This document shows positions 30,314 to 40,181 of a stretch of DNA of 64,000 nt, in pieces (positions within the stretch are counted from its first letter, which is position 1; each line of letters begins with the position of its first letter). The position numbers and the translations under genes were made by a program. Origin of the DNA: Candidatus Eiseniibacteriota bacterium (GTDB lineage Bacteria; Eisenbacteria; RBG-16-71-46). Location: positions 256,001 through 320,000 of the forward strand of contig CAVUWA010000009.1 in NCBI GenBank assembly GCA_963744995.1, in the 5' to 3' direction. The notes beneath the pieces are model-generated. The model made no database searches. It saw nothing but the letters and a program-made list of their open reading frames with translations, and was not told the DNA's origin.

Positions 30314-32521
30314 GTGACGTCCCGATTCGATCTCAATCCACCGCAGCGTGAAGCCGTCGAGCACGACGGCGGCCCCGTGCTCGTGGTCGCCGGCGCCGGC
30401 AGCGGCAAGACCCGCGTCCTCACCGCGCGCGTGGCACGGCTGGTCGAAGGGGGCACGCCGCCGCAGGGCATTCTCGCCTTCACCTTCACCAACCGGGCGG
30501 CGCGCGAAATGCGCGCGCGGATCGAGGCCGCGGTCGGCGGTGCGGCCGCGCGGCTCTGGGTCGGGACCTTTCACGCGACGGCGGTGCGGATCCTGCGGCG
30601 CGAGGCGCGCGAGATCGGTCTCGATCCGGGTTTCGCGATCTACGACCGCGAGGATCAGGAAGGGGTGCTCAAGGGTGTCGTCGCGCGACTCGGCCTGCCG
30701 GACGAGGTCCGGCTCGGGCAGGTGCTGTCACGCATTTCGGAGGCCAAGAACGCGCTGGTGACGCCGGCGGAGATGGCGGCCTCCGCGCTCACCCCCTGGC
30801 AGCGCCAGCTCGCCGAATGCTACCGCCTCTACGAGGCGGGGCTCGCCGCCGCGCACGCCCTCGACTTCGACGACCTGATCGCGGGAGTCGTGCGCGCGCT
30901 GGCCGCGCACGAAGCCATCGCCCGTCGCTACGGCGCGCGCTTCGAGCACGTGCTGGTGGACGAATACCAGGACACCAACCACGCCCAGTTCCGGCTGCTG
31001 CAGCAATTGACCGCAGCGCGCGGCAACCCGTTCGTGGTCGGCGACGACGACCAGTCCATCTACGGCTGGCGCGGCGCGGATCTCGCCAACGTGCTGGAGT
31101 TCGAGCGCCGCTTTCCCGGCGCACGGGTGATCCGCCTCGAGCAGAACTACCGCTCGACCGGAACCATCCTGCGTGCGGCGAACGCGGTGATCGCCCACAA
31201 CCGCGCCCGCAAGGGCAAGAACCTGTGGTCCGAACGCGGCGACGGCGTGCCGCTGACCTTCGCGCTGGCCGGCGACGAGGTCGAGGAGGCGCAGCGGATC
31301 CGCCGCTTCATCGAGCGGCGCGTGCGGAATGGAGGTCGCCGCGCCGACGTCGCGGTGCTGTACCGCACCAACGCACAGTCGCGCGCGCTGGAGACCGAAC
31401 TCAGGCGCGAACGCATTCCGTACGAGATCGTCGGCGGCGTGTCGTTCTACCAGCGGCGCGAGGTGAAGGACCTGCTGGCGTACCTGCGCCTGGTGGTGAA
31501 CCCGCTCGACACGGCGTCGTTCTGGCGGGTTTGGAACACCCCGCGCCGCGGGCTCGGCGGCGGGGCGCGCGCGCTGGTCGAAGCGCGCATGGCGGCGGCC
31601 GGCGAGGGTCCGGTGGCGGCGCTGCGCGGACTGCTCGAGACCGGCGCCCTCACGCGGCCGGCCGCGGCCGGCGCGCGCGAGCTGCTCCTCCTGCTGGAGG
31701 CCCTCGGGGCGCGCGCGGACGACCCGGCCGACGCGCTGCTGCTCGCGGTGCTGGAACGCACGAAATACCTGGAGTTCCTCGATGCCGCGCCGGGGGACAA
31801 GGCCGAGGAGCGGCGCGCGAACCTGGAGGAACTGGTCGCCGCCGGCTCGCAGTTCGCAGGGGAGGCCGGCGGCACGCTGGCCGATTTTCTGGCCGAGTCG
31901 GCGCTCACCACCGACGCCGACCGGCTCGTCGAGGACGACGACCGCGTGCTGCTGCTCACCGCGCACAACGCCAAGGGACTCGAGTTCCCCGCGGTGGTGA
32001 TCGCCGGGCTCGAAGAGGGGCTGTTCCCGCACGGCAACTCGATGGAGGACGGCGAGCGGCTCGAGGAGGAACGCCGGCTGTTCTACGTCGCGCTCACCCG
32101 CGCGGGCGACGAGGTGCTGATGACCGCGGCCGCGTTCCGCCGGCGCTACGATGGGGCGCGCGGCGGCCGGGTGTCCCGCTTCGTCGAGGAGATTCCTGCG
32201 GAACTGCTGGCGCGCGAGGATTCCGGCATGCGGCGCGCGTTCGGCGGCCAGGGCCGGCCGCGGCGCCCGGGCCAGGGCGACGCTGCGGCCGGCCCGCGCT
32301 GGCGCGAGGCCGCCACGCCCGCGCCCGCGTGGCCGGCGGCACCGAGCCGGCATCACGCCGCCGTCGGCCGGCGTGTCTACCACGAGCAGTTCGGGCGCGG
32401 CGTGGTGGTGGCGGCGGAGGGCAGCGGGCCCGACGCACGCTTCACCGTGCGCTTCGACTCGAGCGTGCGCAAGATCATGGGCCGCTATCTGAGCGAGGAG
32501 AGCCATGTCGATCCGGCGTGA
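30314..32521 (+). CDS. pcrA: UvrD/PcrA superfamily 1 DNA helicase
   Basis: AGAGSGKT, VDEYQD, GDDDQSIY, NYRS, KGLEF and EERRLFYVALTRA motifs plus a C-terminal Tudor-like domain. Confidence 0.93.
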   Translation: MTSRFDLNPPQREAVEHDGGPVLVVAGAGSGKTRVLTARVARLVEGGTPPQGILAFTFTNRAAREMRARIEAAVGGAAARLWVGTFHATAVRILRREAREIGLDPGFAIYDREDQEGVLKGVVARLGLPDEVRLGQVLSRISEAKNALVTPAEMAASALTPWQRQLAECYRLYEAGLAAAHALDFDDLIAGVVRALAAHEAIARRYGARFEHVLVDEYQDTNHAQFRLLQQLTAARGNPFVVGDDDQSIYGWRGADLANVLEFERRFPGARVIRLEQNYRSTGTILRAANAVIAHNRARKGKNLWSERGDGVPLTFALAGDEVEEAQRIRRFIERRVRNGGRRADVAVLYRTNAQSRALETELRRERIPYEIVGGVSFYQRREVKDLLAYLRLVVNPLDTASFWRVWNTPRRGLGGGARALVEARMAAAGEGPVAALRGLLETGALTRPAAAGARELLLLLEALGARADDPADALLLAVLERTKYLEFLDAAPGDKAEERRANLEELVAAGSQFAGEAGGTLADFLAESALTTDADRLVEDDDRVLLLTAHNAKGLEFPAVVIAGLEEGLFPHGNSMEDGERLEEERRLFYVALTRAGDEVLMTAAAFRRRYDGARGGRVSRFVEEIPAELLAREDSGMRRAFGGQGRPRRPGQGDAAAGPRWREAATPAPAWPAAPSRHHAAVGRRVYHEQFGRGVVVAAEGSGPDARFTVRFDSSVRKIMGRYLSEESHVDPA

Positions 32522-32804
32522 GGACGTGCGGCGCATCGCGGCGCTCGCGCGCCTGGAACTCGAGGCCGACGAACTCGAGCGCACCGCCGGCGAGCTGTCG
32601 GCGATCCTCGACTTCGTCGAAACCCTCGGGAATCTCGACCTCGAGGGCTGCGAACCGAGTGCGTTTGCGCCAGCGGACGCGCCGCTGCGCGAGGACCGGC
32701 CGAATGGCCGGCGGCTCTCGAACGCCGCGGCGCTCGCCGCGGCGCCCGCCGCCGAGGACGGATTCTTCCTGGTGCCGCCGATCGTCGAGAACGTGGACCC
32801 GTGA
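32505..32804 (+). CDS. gatC: Asp/Glu-tRNA amidotransferase subunit C
   Basis: V..IA.LARL, LRED and AP..EDGFFLVP motifs. Confidence 0.93.
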   Translation: MSIRREDVRRIAALARLELEADELERTAGELSAILDFVETLGNLDLEGCEPSAFAPADAPLREDRPNGRRLSNAAALAAAPAAEDGFFLVPPIVENVDP

Positions 32805-34270
32805 CGGCCGGCCCGCTCTGGTCGCTGCCGGCGCGCAGGATCGCCGCACGTGTCGCTGCAGGAGACGCCGCGCCGCTCGACGCGGCACGCGCCGGGTTCG
32901 ACGGCCCCGCGCGGCGCTGGGAGGGCGAGGTGCACGCGGTCGTGCACGCCGACGCCGCCGCACTCGAGGCGCAGGCGGCGCCGCCCGCCGGGCCGCTCCG
33001 CGGCGTTCCCGTGCTGGTCAAGGACAACCTCTGCACGACGGACTATCCGACCACCTGCGCCTCGAGGATCCTCGACGGCTACCGGCCACCCTACGACGCG
33101 ACCGTGATCGCACGCCTGCGCAGGGCCGGCGCGATCGTCGTGGGCAAGTCGAACATGGACGAGTTCGCGATGGGCTCGTCGACCGAGTTCAGCTGTTACG
33201 GACCGACGCGCAATCCGTACGACCTGGAGCGCGTCCCGGGCGGCTCGAGCGGCGGCTCCGCGGCGGCGGTCGCATACGGTCTCTGTCCGCTCGCGCTCGG
33301 CTCGGACACCGGCGGCTCGGTGCGCCAGCCGGCCGCCTTCTGCGGCGTGTACGGACTCAAGCCGACCTACGGCCGCATCAGCCGCTACGGGCTGGTGGCG
33401 TTCGGCTCGTCGCTCGACCAGGTGGGCATCTTCGCCCGGCACGCCGGCGACGTCGCCATGGCCTATGCGGCGCTGGCCGGGCCCGATCCCTTCGACGCCA
33501 CCTCGCGCCCGGGAAGCGCGCCCGACGTGAGCGGCTGGGACGGCGGCGTGGCCGGGCTCACCTTCGGCTGGCCCGCCCACCTCTGGAAGGAAGGCGTGCA
33601 CGCGGAGATCGTGGATGCGATGGAAGAGGCCGCGCTGGCGCTCGAGCGGGCCGGTGCGACCCGGGTGCCGATCGACTTCATGCCCGGCGATCACGCCGTC
33701 GCGGCCTACTACGTCGTCGCCACCGCGGAAGCCAGCTCCAACCTGGCGCGCTTCGACGGCGTGCGCTATGGCCGGCGCGAAGAAGGCGAGGACCTGATCG
33801 CGCTCTACGTGAAGACCCGCAGCGGAGGCTTCGGCCCCGAGGTGCGGCGCCGCATCCTGCTCGGCACCTATGTGCTCTCCGCCGGCTACTACGACGCCTA
33901 CTACCTGACGGCGCAGCGGGCGCGGACCCGCATCCGCCGCGAGTACGAAGCCGCGTTCGCGCACTGCGACGTGATGCTGATGCCGGCCGCGCCGACTCCG
34001 GCGTTCCGGCTCGGTGAAAAGCTCGACGATCCGCTGGCGATGTACCTGAGCGACGTGTTCACGCTCGGCGCGAACCTCGCCGGCATTCCGGGTCTCACCG
34101 TGCCGCTCGCACCGGCGGGGTCGGGGCTGCCGCGCGCCGTGCAGGTGCTGGGGCCGGCCGATGCCGAGCCGCTGCTGCTCGCCGCCGGCCGCGCGATCGA
34201 GGTGCGCGGCGAGATCGCCCGGCTCGCGGCCCGTCACGAGGTGGAGTTCGCATGGCCTACCAGCCGGTAA
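32801..34270 (+). CDS. gatA: Asp/Glu-tRNA amidotransferase subunit A
   Basis: KDN, NMDEFAMGSSTE, GGSSGGSAAAV, SDTGGSVRQPA and RRILLGT motifs. Confidence 0.96.
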   Translation: MTAGPLWSLPARRIAARVAAGDAAPLDAARAGFDGPARRWEGEVHAVVHADAAALEAQAAPPAGPLRGVPVLVKDNLCTTDYPTTCASRILDGYRPPYDATVIARLRRAGAIVVGKSNMDEFAMGSSTEFSCYGPTRNPYDLERVPGGSSGGSAAAVAYGLCPLALGSDTGGSVRQPAAFCGVYGLKPTYGRISRYGLVAFGSSLDQVGIFARHAGDVAMAYAALAGPDPFDATSRPGSAPDVSGWDGGVAGLTFGWPAHLWKEGVHAEIVDAMEEAALALERAGATRVPIDFMPGDHAVAAYYVVATAEASSNLARFDGVRYGRREEGEDLIALYVKTRSGGFGPEVRRRILLGTYVLSAGYYDAYYLTAQRARTRIRREYEAAFAHCDVMLMPAAPTPAFRLGEKLDDPLAMYLSDVFTLGANLAGIPGLTVPLAPAGSGLPRAVQVLGPADAEPLLLAAGRAIEVRGEIARLAARHEVEFAWPTSR

Positions 34271-35691
34271 TCGGGCTCGAGTGCCACATTCAGCTCGCGA
34301 CCCGCAGCAAGATGTTCTGCGACTGCCCGGCCGCGTTCGGCGATGCGCCCAATTCCAACGTGTGCCCCGTGTGCCTGGGACTGCCCGGCGCCCTGCCGCG
34401 CGCGAACCGCGCCGCCGTGGACGCCGCACTGAGGCTCGGCCAGGCGCTCGGCTGCGCGATCGCCCGGGAGAGCGTGTTCGCGCGCAAGAACTACTTCTAT
34501 CCCGACATGCCGAAGAACTACCAGATCTCGCAGTACGACCGCCCGCTGTGCGAGGGCGGGCGCCTGCCGATCGACACGACCGACGGCGTGCGCGAGGTAC
34601 GCCTCACGCGCATCCACCTCGAGGAGGACACCGGCAAGTCGTTTCATCCGGAGCGCCTGGGCGATCGCCGCGTTTCGCGCGTGGACTTCAACCGCGCCGG
34701 GGTGCCGCTGCTCGAGCTGGTCACCGAGCCCGACTTCAACGAGCCGGCCGAATGCGCGGCGTTCCTCACCGCGCTGCGCCGTCTGGTGCGGCACCTGGGG
34801 ATTTCGGAAGCCGACATGGAGAAGGGCCATCTGCGCTGCGACGCCAACGTCAGCATCCGTCCCGCGGGCGCGACCACCCTCGGGGTCAAGACCGAGCTCA
34901 AGAACCTGAACTCGATCAAGGGCGTCGAGAAGGGACTGCGCGCCGAGATCGCGCGGCAGACCCGCATCGCGGAAGACGGCGGCGCGATCGAGCAGGCGAC
35001 GCTGCTCTACGACGCGGACCACGACAGGCTGGCGGTCATGCGCTCCAAGGAGCACGCCCACGACTACCGCTACTTCCCCGAGCCCGACCTGCCGGTGCTG
35101 AAGGTGGACGAGGCCTGGATCGCCGACGCGCGGTCGCGCCTGCCCGAATCGCCGTGGACGCGGGCGCGGCGTTTCGTCGAACAGTACGGCCTGCCCGCCT
35201 ACGACGCCGACGTGCTCACCGACCAGCGCGCGATCGCGGACTACTACGAGGCGGTGGTGGCCGGGGGGCTCGACGCGAAGAAGGCGAGCAACTGGGTGAT
35301 GGGCGAGGTGCTCCGGCACGTGAACGCCGGCACGGTCGCGGCGGAGGCGTGGTCGGAACGCGTGCCGCCCGCGCACCTGGTGAGCATCGTCGCCGCGGTC
35401 GAGGCGCGCTCGGTGACCGCGGCGAGCGGCAAGAGCGTGCTCGAAGCGATCGCGGCGAGCGGGGCGGATCCGGAACCGCTGCTGGCCGCGCAGGCGGCGA
35501 CGTCGTCGACGGACGAGCTGCTCCCGCTCGTCCGGCGGGTGATCGCCGCGCATCCGGAACCGGTCGCGCAGTACCGCGGTGGCAAGACCCAGACGCTCGG
35601 CTTCCTGGTGGGCCAGGTGATGAAGGCGAGCGGCGGCAAGGCCGTGCCGCAGACGGTGCGCGCGCTGCTCGAGCGCGAGCTCGCGGGCTGA
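34252..35691 (+). CDS. gatB: Asp/Glu-tRNA amidotransferase subunit B
   Basis: IGLECH, RKNYFYPD, HLEEDTGK, LRCDANVS and YRYFPEPDL motifs. Confidence 0.97.
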   Translation: MAYQPVIGLECHIQLATRSKMFCDCPAAFGDAPNSNVCPVCLGLPGALPRANRAAVDAALRLGQALGCAIARESVFARKNYFYPDMPKNYQISQYDRPLCEGGRLPIDTTDGVREVRLTRIHLEEDTGKSFHPERLGDRRVSRVDFNRAGVPLLELVTEPDFNEPAECAAFLTALRRLVRHLGISEADMEKGHLRCDANVSIRPAGATTLGVKTELKNLNSIKGVEKGLRAEIARQTRIAEDGGAIEQATLLYDADHDRLAVMRSKEHAHDYRYFPEPDLPVLKVDEAWIADARSRLPESPWTRARRFVEQYGLPAYDADVLTDQRAIADYYEAVVAGGLDAKKASNWVMGEVLRHVNAGTVAAEAWSERVPPAHLVSIVAAVEARSVTAASGKSVLEAIAASGADPEPLLAAQAATSSTDELLPLVRRVIAAHPEPVAQYRGGKTQTLGFLVGQVMKASGGKAVPQTVRALLERELAG

Positions 35692-35728
35692 GCGCCGTGG
35701 CGGGACCGGCCGCGGTCGCGCCCGCGTC

Positions 35729-35757
35729 TTGACCGCCCCCGGGGCCGACCCTAGATT
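35729..35757 (+). promoter_or_regulatory. sigma70 promoter for purD (probably leaderless transcript)
   Basis: TTGACC, 17 nt, TAGATT. ATG lies 7 nt downstream with no SD. Confidence 0.6.
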
Positions 35758-35764
35758 CGCGGCG

Positions 35765-37072
35765 ATGACCGCACCCCGGCGCATCCTGGTGATCGGCGCG
35801 GGCGGCCGCGAGCACGCGCTCGCCTGGCGCCTGGCGGCCGATCCGCACGCTCCCGAAGTGCTGATGGCCCCCGGCCTCGAGGGCGCCGCGGGTTTTCGCC
35901 GCATCGCCGCCGACGGCTCGGATCCCGCCGCGATCGTGGACGCCTGCCGCGCCGCCGCGGTGGATCTGGTGGTGGTCGGCCCCGAAGCGCCGCTCGCCGC
36001 CGGGCTCGTGGACGCGCTCGACGCGGCGCGCATCCACGCCTTCGGCCCGACCCGGAACGCGGCGCGGCTCGAGTCGAGCAAGTGGTTCGCCAAGGAGGTC
36101 ATGCGCGAGGCCGGTGTGCCGACCGCGGCGGCCGCCGTCTGCAGCGACATGGACGCGGTGCGCGCGGCGCTCGCGCGCTTCGGCGCGCCGCACGTGGTCA
36201 AGGCCGACGGACTGGCCGCCGGCAAGGGGGTGTGCGTGACCGCGCGGCGCGAAGAGGCCGAGGCGTTCGCCGCCGCGTGCCTCACGGGCGGCCGCTTCGG
36301 CGAGAGCGGCCGGCGGGTGGTGGTCGAGGAGTTCCTGGACGGCGTCGAGGTCTCGGTGATGGCGGTCTGCGATGCGGAGCGCTTCTGCCTGCTCCCGCCG
36401 GCCCGCGACCACAAGCGTGCCCTGGACGGCGACGCCGGGCCCAATACCGGCGGCATGGGCGCGTTCGCGCCCGCCGCCGACTTCGGCGCGGACGACGAGG
36501 CGCGTGCCGGAGAGACGATCGTGGCGCCGATGCTGGCCGCGCTCGCGGCGCGCGGCGCGCCGTTCCGCGGCGTGCTCTACGCCGGGCTCATGGTCGGCGG
36601 CAGCGGTCCGCGCGTGCTCGAGTTCAACGTGCGCCTCGGCGACCCCGAGACGCAGGTCGTGCTGCCGCTCATCGCCGGATCGTTCTCCGCGCTGCTGCTC
36701 GGCGCGGCGCGTGGCGCGCTCGATCCCGCCTGCGTGGCGCGGCGCCGCGGGGCGGCCGTCGGCGTGGCGCTGGTGGACGAGGGCTACCCCGAGGCGCCGC
36801 TCGGGACCGGAAGGATCGAGGGGCTCGACGCGCTCGCGTCCCGCGAGGACACGCTGGTGTTCCACGCCGCCACCGCGCGGCAGGACGGCGCATGGGCGGT
36901 CAGCGGCGGGCGTGCGGCGTACGTGGTCGCGCTCGGCCCCGGGCTCGCCGCCGCGCGCGCGCGCGCCTACGAGGCGATCGGTTCGCTGGGCGGGCGGGGC
37001 TGGCGGTATCGTCACGACATCGCGGGCGCCCGCCGGGCGCCCAGGACCATGGTCGAGGAGGGGACTGCGTGA
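35765..37072 (+). CDS. purD: Phosphoribosylamine--glycine ligase
   Basis: GGREHAL, VGPEAPL, KADGLAAGKGV, GPNTGGMG and EFNVRLGDPETQ motifs. Confidence 0.96.
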   Translation: MTAPRRILVIGAGGREHALAWRLAADPHAPEVLMAPGLEGAAGFRRIAADGSDPAAIVDACRAAAVDLVVVGPEAPLAAGLVDALDAARIHAFGPTRNAARLESSKWFAKEVMREAGVPTAAAAVCSDMDAVRAALARFGAPHVVKADGLAAGKGVCVTARREEAEAFAAACLTGGRFGESGRRVVVEEFLDGVEVSVMAVCDAERFCLLPPARDHKRALDGDAGPNTGGMGAFAPAADFGADDEARAGETIVAPMLAALAARGAPFRGVLYAGLMVGGSGPRVLEFNVRLGDPETQVVLPLIAGSFSALLLGAARGALDPACVARRRGAAVGVALVDEGYPEAPLGTGRIEGLDALASREDTLVFHAATARQDGAWAVSGGRAAYVVALGPGLAAARARAYEAIGSLGGRGWRYRHDIAGARRAPRTMVEEGTA

Positions 37073-37548
37073 GCGGCAGGGATTCGAAACGTCCGCTGGT
37101 GGCGATCGTCATGGGCAGTGAATCGGACCGCGCCACGATGACGGAGGGCGCGAAGGTACTGGAGGCGTACGGCGTGCCGTGCGAGGTCGAGGTGCGCTCG
37201 GCGCACCGCACGCCGGATGAGACGGCGCGCTACGCGAAGGACGCCGAAGGCCGCGGCATCCGCGTGCTGATCGCGGGGGCGGGCGGCGCCGCGCATCTCG
37301 CCGGCGCCCTCGCGGCGCACAGCCGCCTGCCGGTGCTGGGCGTGCCGCTCGGCAATTCGCCGCTCGGCGGCTTCGACGCGCTGCTCTCCACCGTGCAGAT
37401 GCCGCCCGGCGTGCCGGTCGGCACGCTCGGCGTGGGGTCGTGGGGCGCCCGTAACGCCGCGCACCTCGCGCTGCGCATCCTCGCGCTCTCGGACGCGAAG
37501 CTGCTCGCGCGCATGAAGAAGAACCCGCCCGCGGCGCGCAAGAAGTGA
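37069..37548 (+). CDS. purE: N5-carboxyaminoimidazole ribonucleotide mutase
   Basis: [21 protein letters not shown] and VQMPPGVPV motifs. Confidence 0.96.
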   Translation: MSGRDSKRPLVAIVMGSESDRATMTEGAKVLEAYGVPCEVEVRSAHRTPDETARYAKDAEGRGIRVLIAGAGGAAHLAGALAAHSRLPVLGVPLGNSPLGGFDALLSTVQMPPGVPVGTLGVGSWGARNAAHLALRILALSDAKLLARMKKNPPAARKK

Positions 37549-38195
37549 GCACCGAGGTCTATCGCATCGATCCCGCGAATCCGGGGCGGGAGGCCCTGAT
37601 CGCGGCCGCCGAGGCGGTGCTGCGCGGCGGCGTGATCGCGTTCCCGACCGACACGGTCTACGGGCTCGGCTGCTCGCTGTTCGACGTTTCGGCGGTCGAG
37701 ATGATCGAGCGGCTGAAGCGTCGCGACAGGACCCTCGCGGTGATCTCGCTGATCCCCGACCGCGAGCAGGCGCTGGGTCTGGCGTCGCACGTGAGCGGGG
37801 TCGCCTGGCGGCTGATCGAACGCTACTGGCCGGGGCCGCTCTCGCTGATCTTCAAGGCGGCGCCGATCGTGCCGGCGCGCGTGCGCGGCGCGGGCGGGAC
37901 GGTGGCGCTGCGCTGCCCCAGGGACGGTCTCTGTCACGCGCTGCTCGATTTCATCGGCGGCCCGGTCGTTTCGAGCAGCGCCAACATCTCCGGGCAGCCG
38001 ACGGCAGAGACCGCAGAGGAGGTCGTACGGATCTTCGGCAACCAGATCGACGTCATCCTCGACGGCGGTCCGATGCGCGATCGCAAGCCCTCGACGCTGA
38101 TCGACGTGAGCGGCGCCGAGGTGCGCGTGCTGCGCCGCGGCGCCATCGAAATCCCCGGGGACATGCTGGTCGAACCGCACGGCACGGGCGGTTGA
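37545..38195 (+). CDS. tsaC: L-threonylcarbamoyladenylate synthase (YrdC/TsaC)
   Basis: [22 protein letters not shown] and PSTLID motifs. Confidence 0.93.
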   Translation: MSTEVYRIDPANPGREALIAAAEAVLRGGVIAFPTDTVYGLGCSLFDVSAVEMIERLKRRDRTLAVISLIPDREQALGLASHVSGVAWRLIERYWPGPLSLIFKAAPIVPARVRGAGGTVALRCPRDGLCHALLDFIGGPVVSSSANISGQPTAETAEEVVRIFGNQIDVILDGGPMRDRKPSTLIDVSGAEVRVLRRGAIEIPGDMLVEPHGTGG

Positions 38196-38220
38196 CGCCC
38201 TGCGGGGGCGCTTCTATCCT
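38192..38220 (+). promoter_or_regulatory. sigma70 promoter for the phosphatase-ilvE-rpiB-glyA genes
   Basis: TTGACG, 17 nt, TATCCT. ATG lies 8 nt downstream. Confidence 0.55.
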
Positions 38221-38228
38221 GATTTGCG

Positions 38229-38720
38229 ATGTCTTCTCATGAGCCGGTGTATCGCGTCGTTTTCGTCTGCACCGGGAACACGTGCCGGAGCCCGATGGCC
38301 GAGGCTGCCCTGCGCGGGGCGCTCGGCGCCGAGGGCGAACGGGTCGATGTGACGTCGGGCGGCACCGCCGCCTGGGAGGGACAGCCCGCCAGCGAACCGT
38401 CGGTGACGGTCGCGGCGCGCGACGGGTTCGACCTCCGCTCGCATCGCTCGCGGCGCGTGAGCCCCGAGTCTCTGCGTGCGGCCGATCTGGTCATCGTGAT
38501 GGAGCGGTCGCATCTCGCCGGGGTGAGGGCGCTGGGCGCCGATCCGGCGCGTACGCACGTCATCAGCGAATGGCCCGAGCCGGGGGACCCCGACCTGACC
38601 GTCTACGATCCCTACGGCGACTCCATGGAAGCCTACGAAGAAACCTGGCGGCGCATCCGGGAGCACGTGGCGCGCATCGCGCCCCACGTCCTGGAAGCCC
38701 TGCGAACCCGTTCGGCCTGA
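38229..38720 (+). CDS. Low molecular weight protein phosphatase (YwlE-like arginine phosphatase)
   Basis: VCTGNTCRSPMAE P-loop and DPYG motif, in a tsaC...rpiB-glyA context. Confidence 0.88.
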   Translation: MSSHEPVYRVVFVCTGNTCRSPMAEAALRGALGAEGERVDVTSGGTAAWEGQPASEPSVTVAARDGFDLRSHRSRRVSPESLRAADLVIVMERSHLAGVRALGADPARTHVISEWPEPGDPDLTVYDPYGDSMEAYEETWRRIREHVARIAPHVLEALRTRSA

Positions 38721-38751
38721 CGGCCGGGATGCTCAACCGAAGAGGTGAACG

Positions 38752-39711
38752 ATGGCAATGACCAAGGTGGACAAGGTCTGGATGAACGGCAAGTGGGTCG
38801 CGTGGGACGACGCGAAGATCCACGTCCTCTCACACGTGGCGCATTACGCCTCGAGCGTGTTCGAGGGCATCCGGGCATACGACACGCCGAAGGGCGCGGC
38901 GATCTTCCGCCTCGAGGAGCACCTCGACCGCCTGATGCTGTCGACGAAGATCTACCGGATGGAACTGCCGTTCACGCGCGAACAGATCCGCGAGGCCTGC
39001 ATCCAGGTCGTGGCGGTCAACGATCTCAAGTCCTGCTACATCCGGCCGCTGATCTATCGAGGCTTCGAGAACCTCGGCGTCAATCCCTTCGGGTGCCCGG
39101 TCGAGGTCACGGTGGCGGCGTTTCCGTGGGGCAAGTACCTGGGTGAGGACGCGCTCACCAAGGGCGTGGCGGTGAAGGTCAGCTCGTGGCAGCGCATGGC
39201 GGCCAACACCCTGCCGGCGATGGCGAAGGCTTCGGCCAACTACATGAACTCGCAGCTCATGAAGATGGAGGCGCTGGTCGACGGCTACGCCGAGGCGGTC
39301 GCGCTGGATACGAGCGGACACGTGAGCGAGGGCAGCGGGCAGAACATCTTCCTGGTGCGGGGCGGCGAACTGCTCACACCGCCGCTCGAGAACAGCATCC
39401 TGGCCGGCATCACCCGCCACACGACCATGACGCTGGCCGCGGAGATGGGCATTCCGGTGCGCGAGTCGTCGATGCCGCGGGAGATGCTGTACGCGGCGGA
39501 CGAGATGTTCTTCACCGGCACCGCGGTCGAGGTGTCGCCGATCACGTCGGTGGACCGCATCGACGTCGGCGACGGCCAGGTGGGGCCGATCACGAAGAAG
39601 ATCCAGACGGCGTTCTTCAAGGCGGTGCGCGGCGAGGACGGTGACCGCCACGGCTGGCTGACCGCCGTGCCGGCGGCCGAGAAGGCCGCCAAAGCGGCAG
39701 CCGAGAGCTAG
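38752..39711 (+). CDS. ilvE: Branched-chain amino acid aminotransferase
   Basis: [34 protein letters not shown] and FFTGTA motifs. Confidence 0.96.
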   Translation: MAMTKVDKVWMNGKWVAWDDAKIHVLSHVAHYASSVFEGIRAYDTPKGAAIFRLEEHLDRLMLSTKIYRMELPFTREQIREACIQVVAVNDLKSCYIRPLIYRGFENLGVNPFGCPVEVTVAAFPWGKYLGEDALTKGVAVKVSSWQRMAANTLPAMAKASANYMNSQLMKMEALVDGYAEAVALDTSGHVSEGSGQNIFLVRGGELLTPPLENSILAGITRHTTMTLAAEMGIPVRESSMPREMLYAADEMFFTGTAVEVSPITSVDRIDVGDGQVGPITKKIQTAFFKAVRGEDGDRHGWLTAVPAAEKAAKAAAES

Positions 39712-39717
39712 GCGGCC

Positions 39718-40179
39718 GTGAAGGTCGCGATCGGGACCGATCACGCCGGGTTCGCGCTCAAGGAGAAGCTCAAGCGCGAGCTGGTGCGTCTCGGTCACGA
39801 CGTGTGGGATGCCGGCACGGCGGCGGCCGACCCGCCGGTCGACTATCCCGACTTCATCATTCCGGTCGCGGAACGCGTGAGCCGCGGCACGGCCGAGCGC
39901 GGCATCGTGCTCGGCGGCAGCGGCATCGGCGAGAGCATCGCCGCCAACAAGGTGTACGGCATCCGCGCCGCGGTGGTCACCAGCGACGACACCGCGCGGC
40001 TCACGCGGCTCCACAACGATTCCAACGTGCTGGCACTCGGCGGGCGCACCAACGACCACGAGGCCGCCCTGCGCTGGCTGCGCATCTGGCTCGACACGGC
40101 CTACGAAGGCGGCCGCCACGATGCCCGGCTGAAGAAGATCCTCGACTACGAAGACGCCCACCGGGCGAAAGGACGCTGA
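39718..40179 (+). CDS. rpiB: Ribose 5-phosphate isomerase B
   Basis: DHAG, DYPD, GGSGIG.SI.ANK, HNDSNVL and GGRH motifs. Confidence 0.94.
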   Translation: MKVAIGTDHAGFALKEKLKRELVRLGHDVWDAGTAAADPPVDYPDFIIPVAERVSRGTAERGIVLGGSGIGESIAANKVYGIRAAVVTSDDTARLTRLHNDSNVLALGGRTNDHEAALRWLRIWLDTAYEGGRHDARLKKILDYEDAHRAKGR

Positions 40180-40181
40180 CC

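Noticed and set aside
30728..34429. Very long minus-strand ORFs (1233 aa here; also 23958-26924, 40146-43079, 47574-50297 and others)
   Set aside because: They are antisense shadows of clearly identified + strand genes, expected in high-GC DNA with few stop codons, and carry no motifs.
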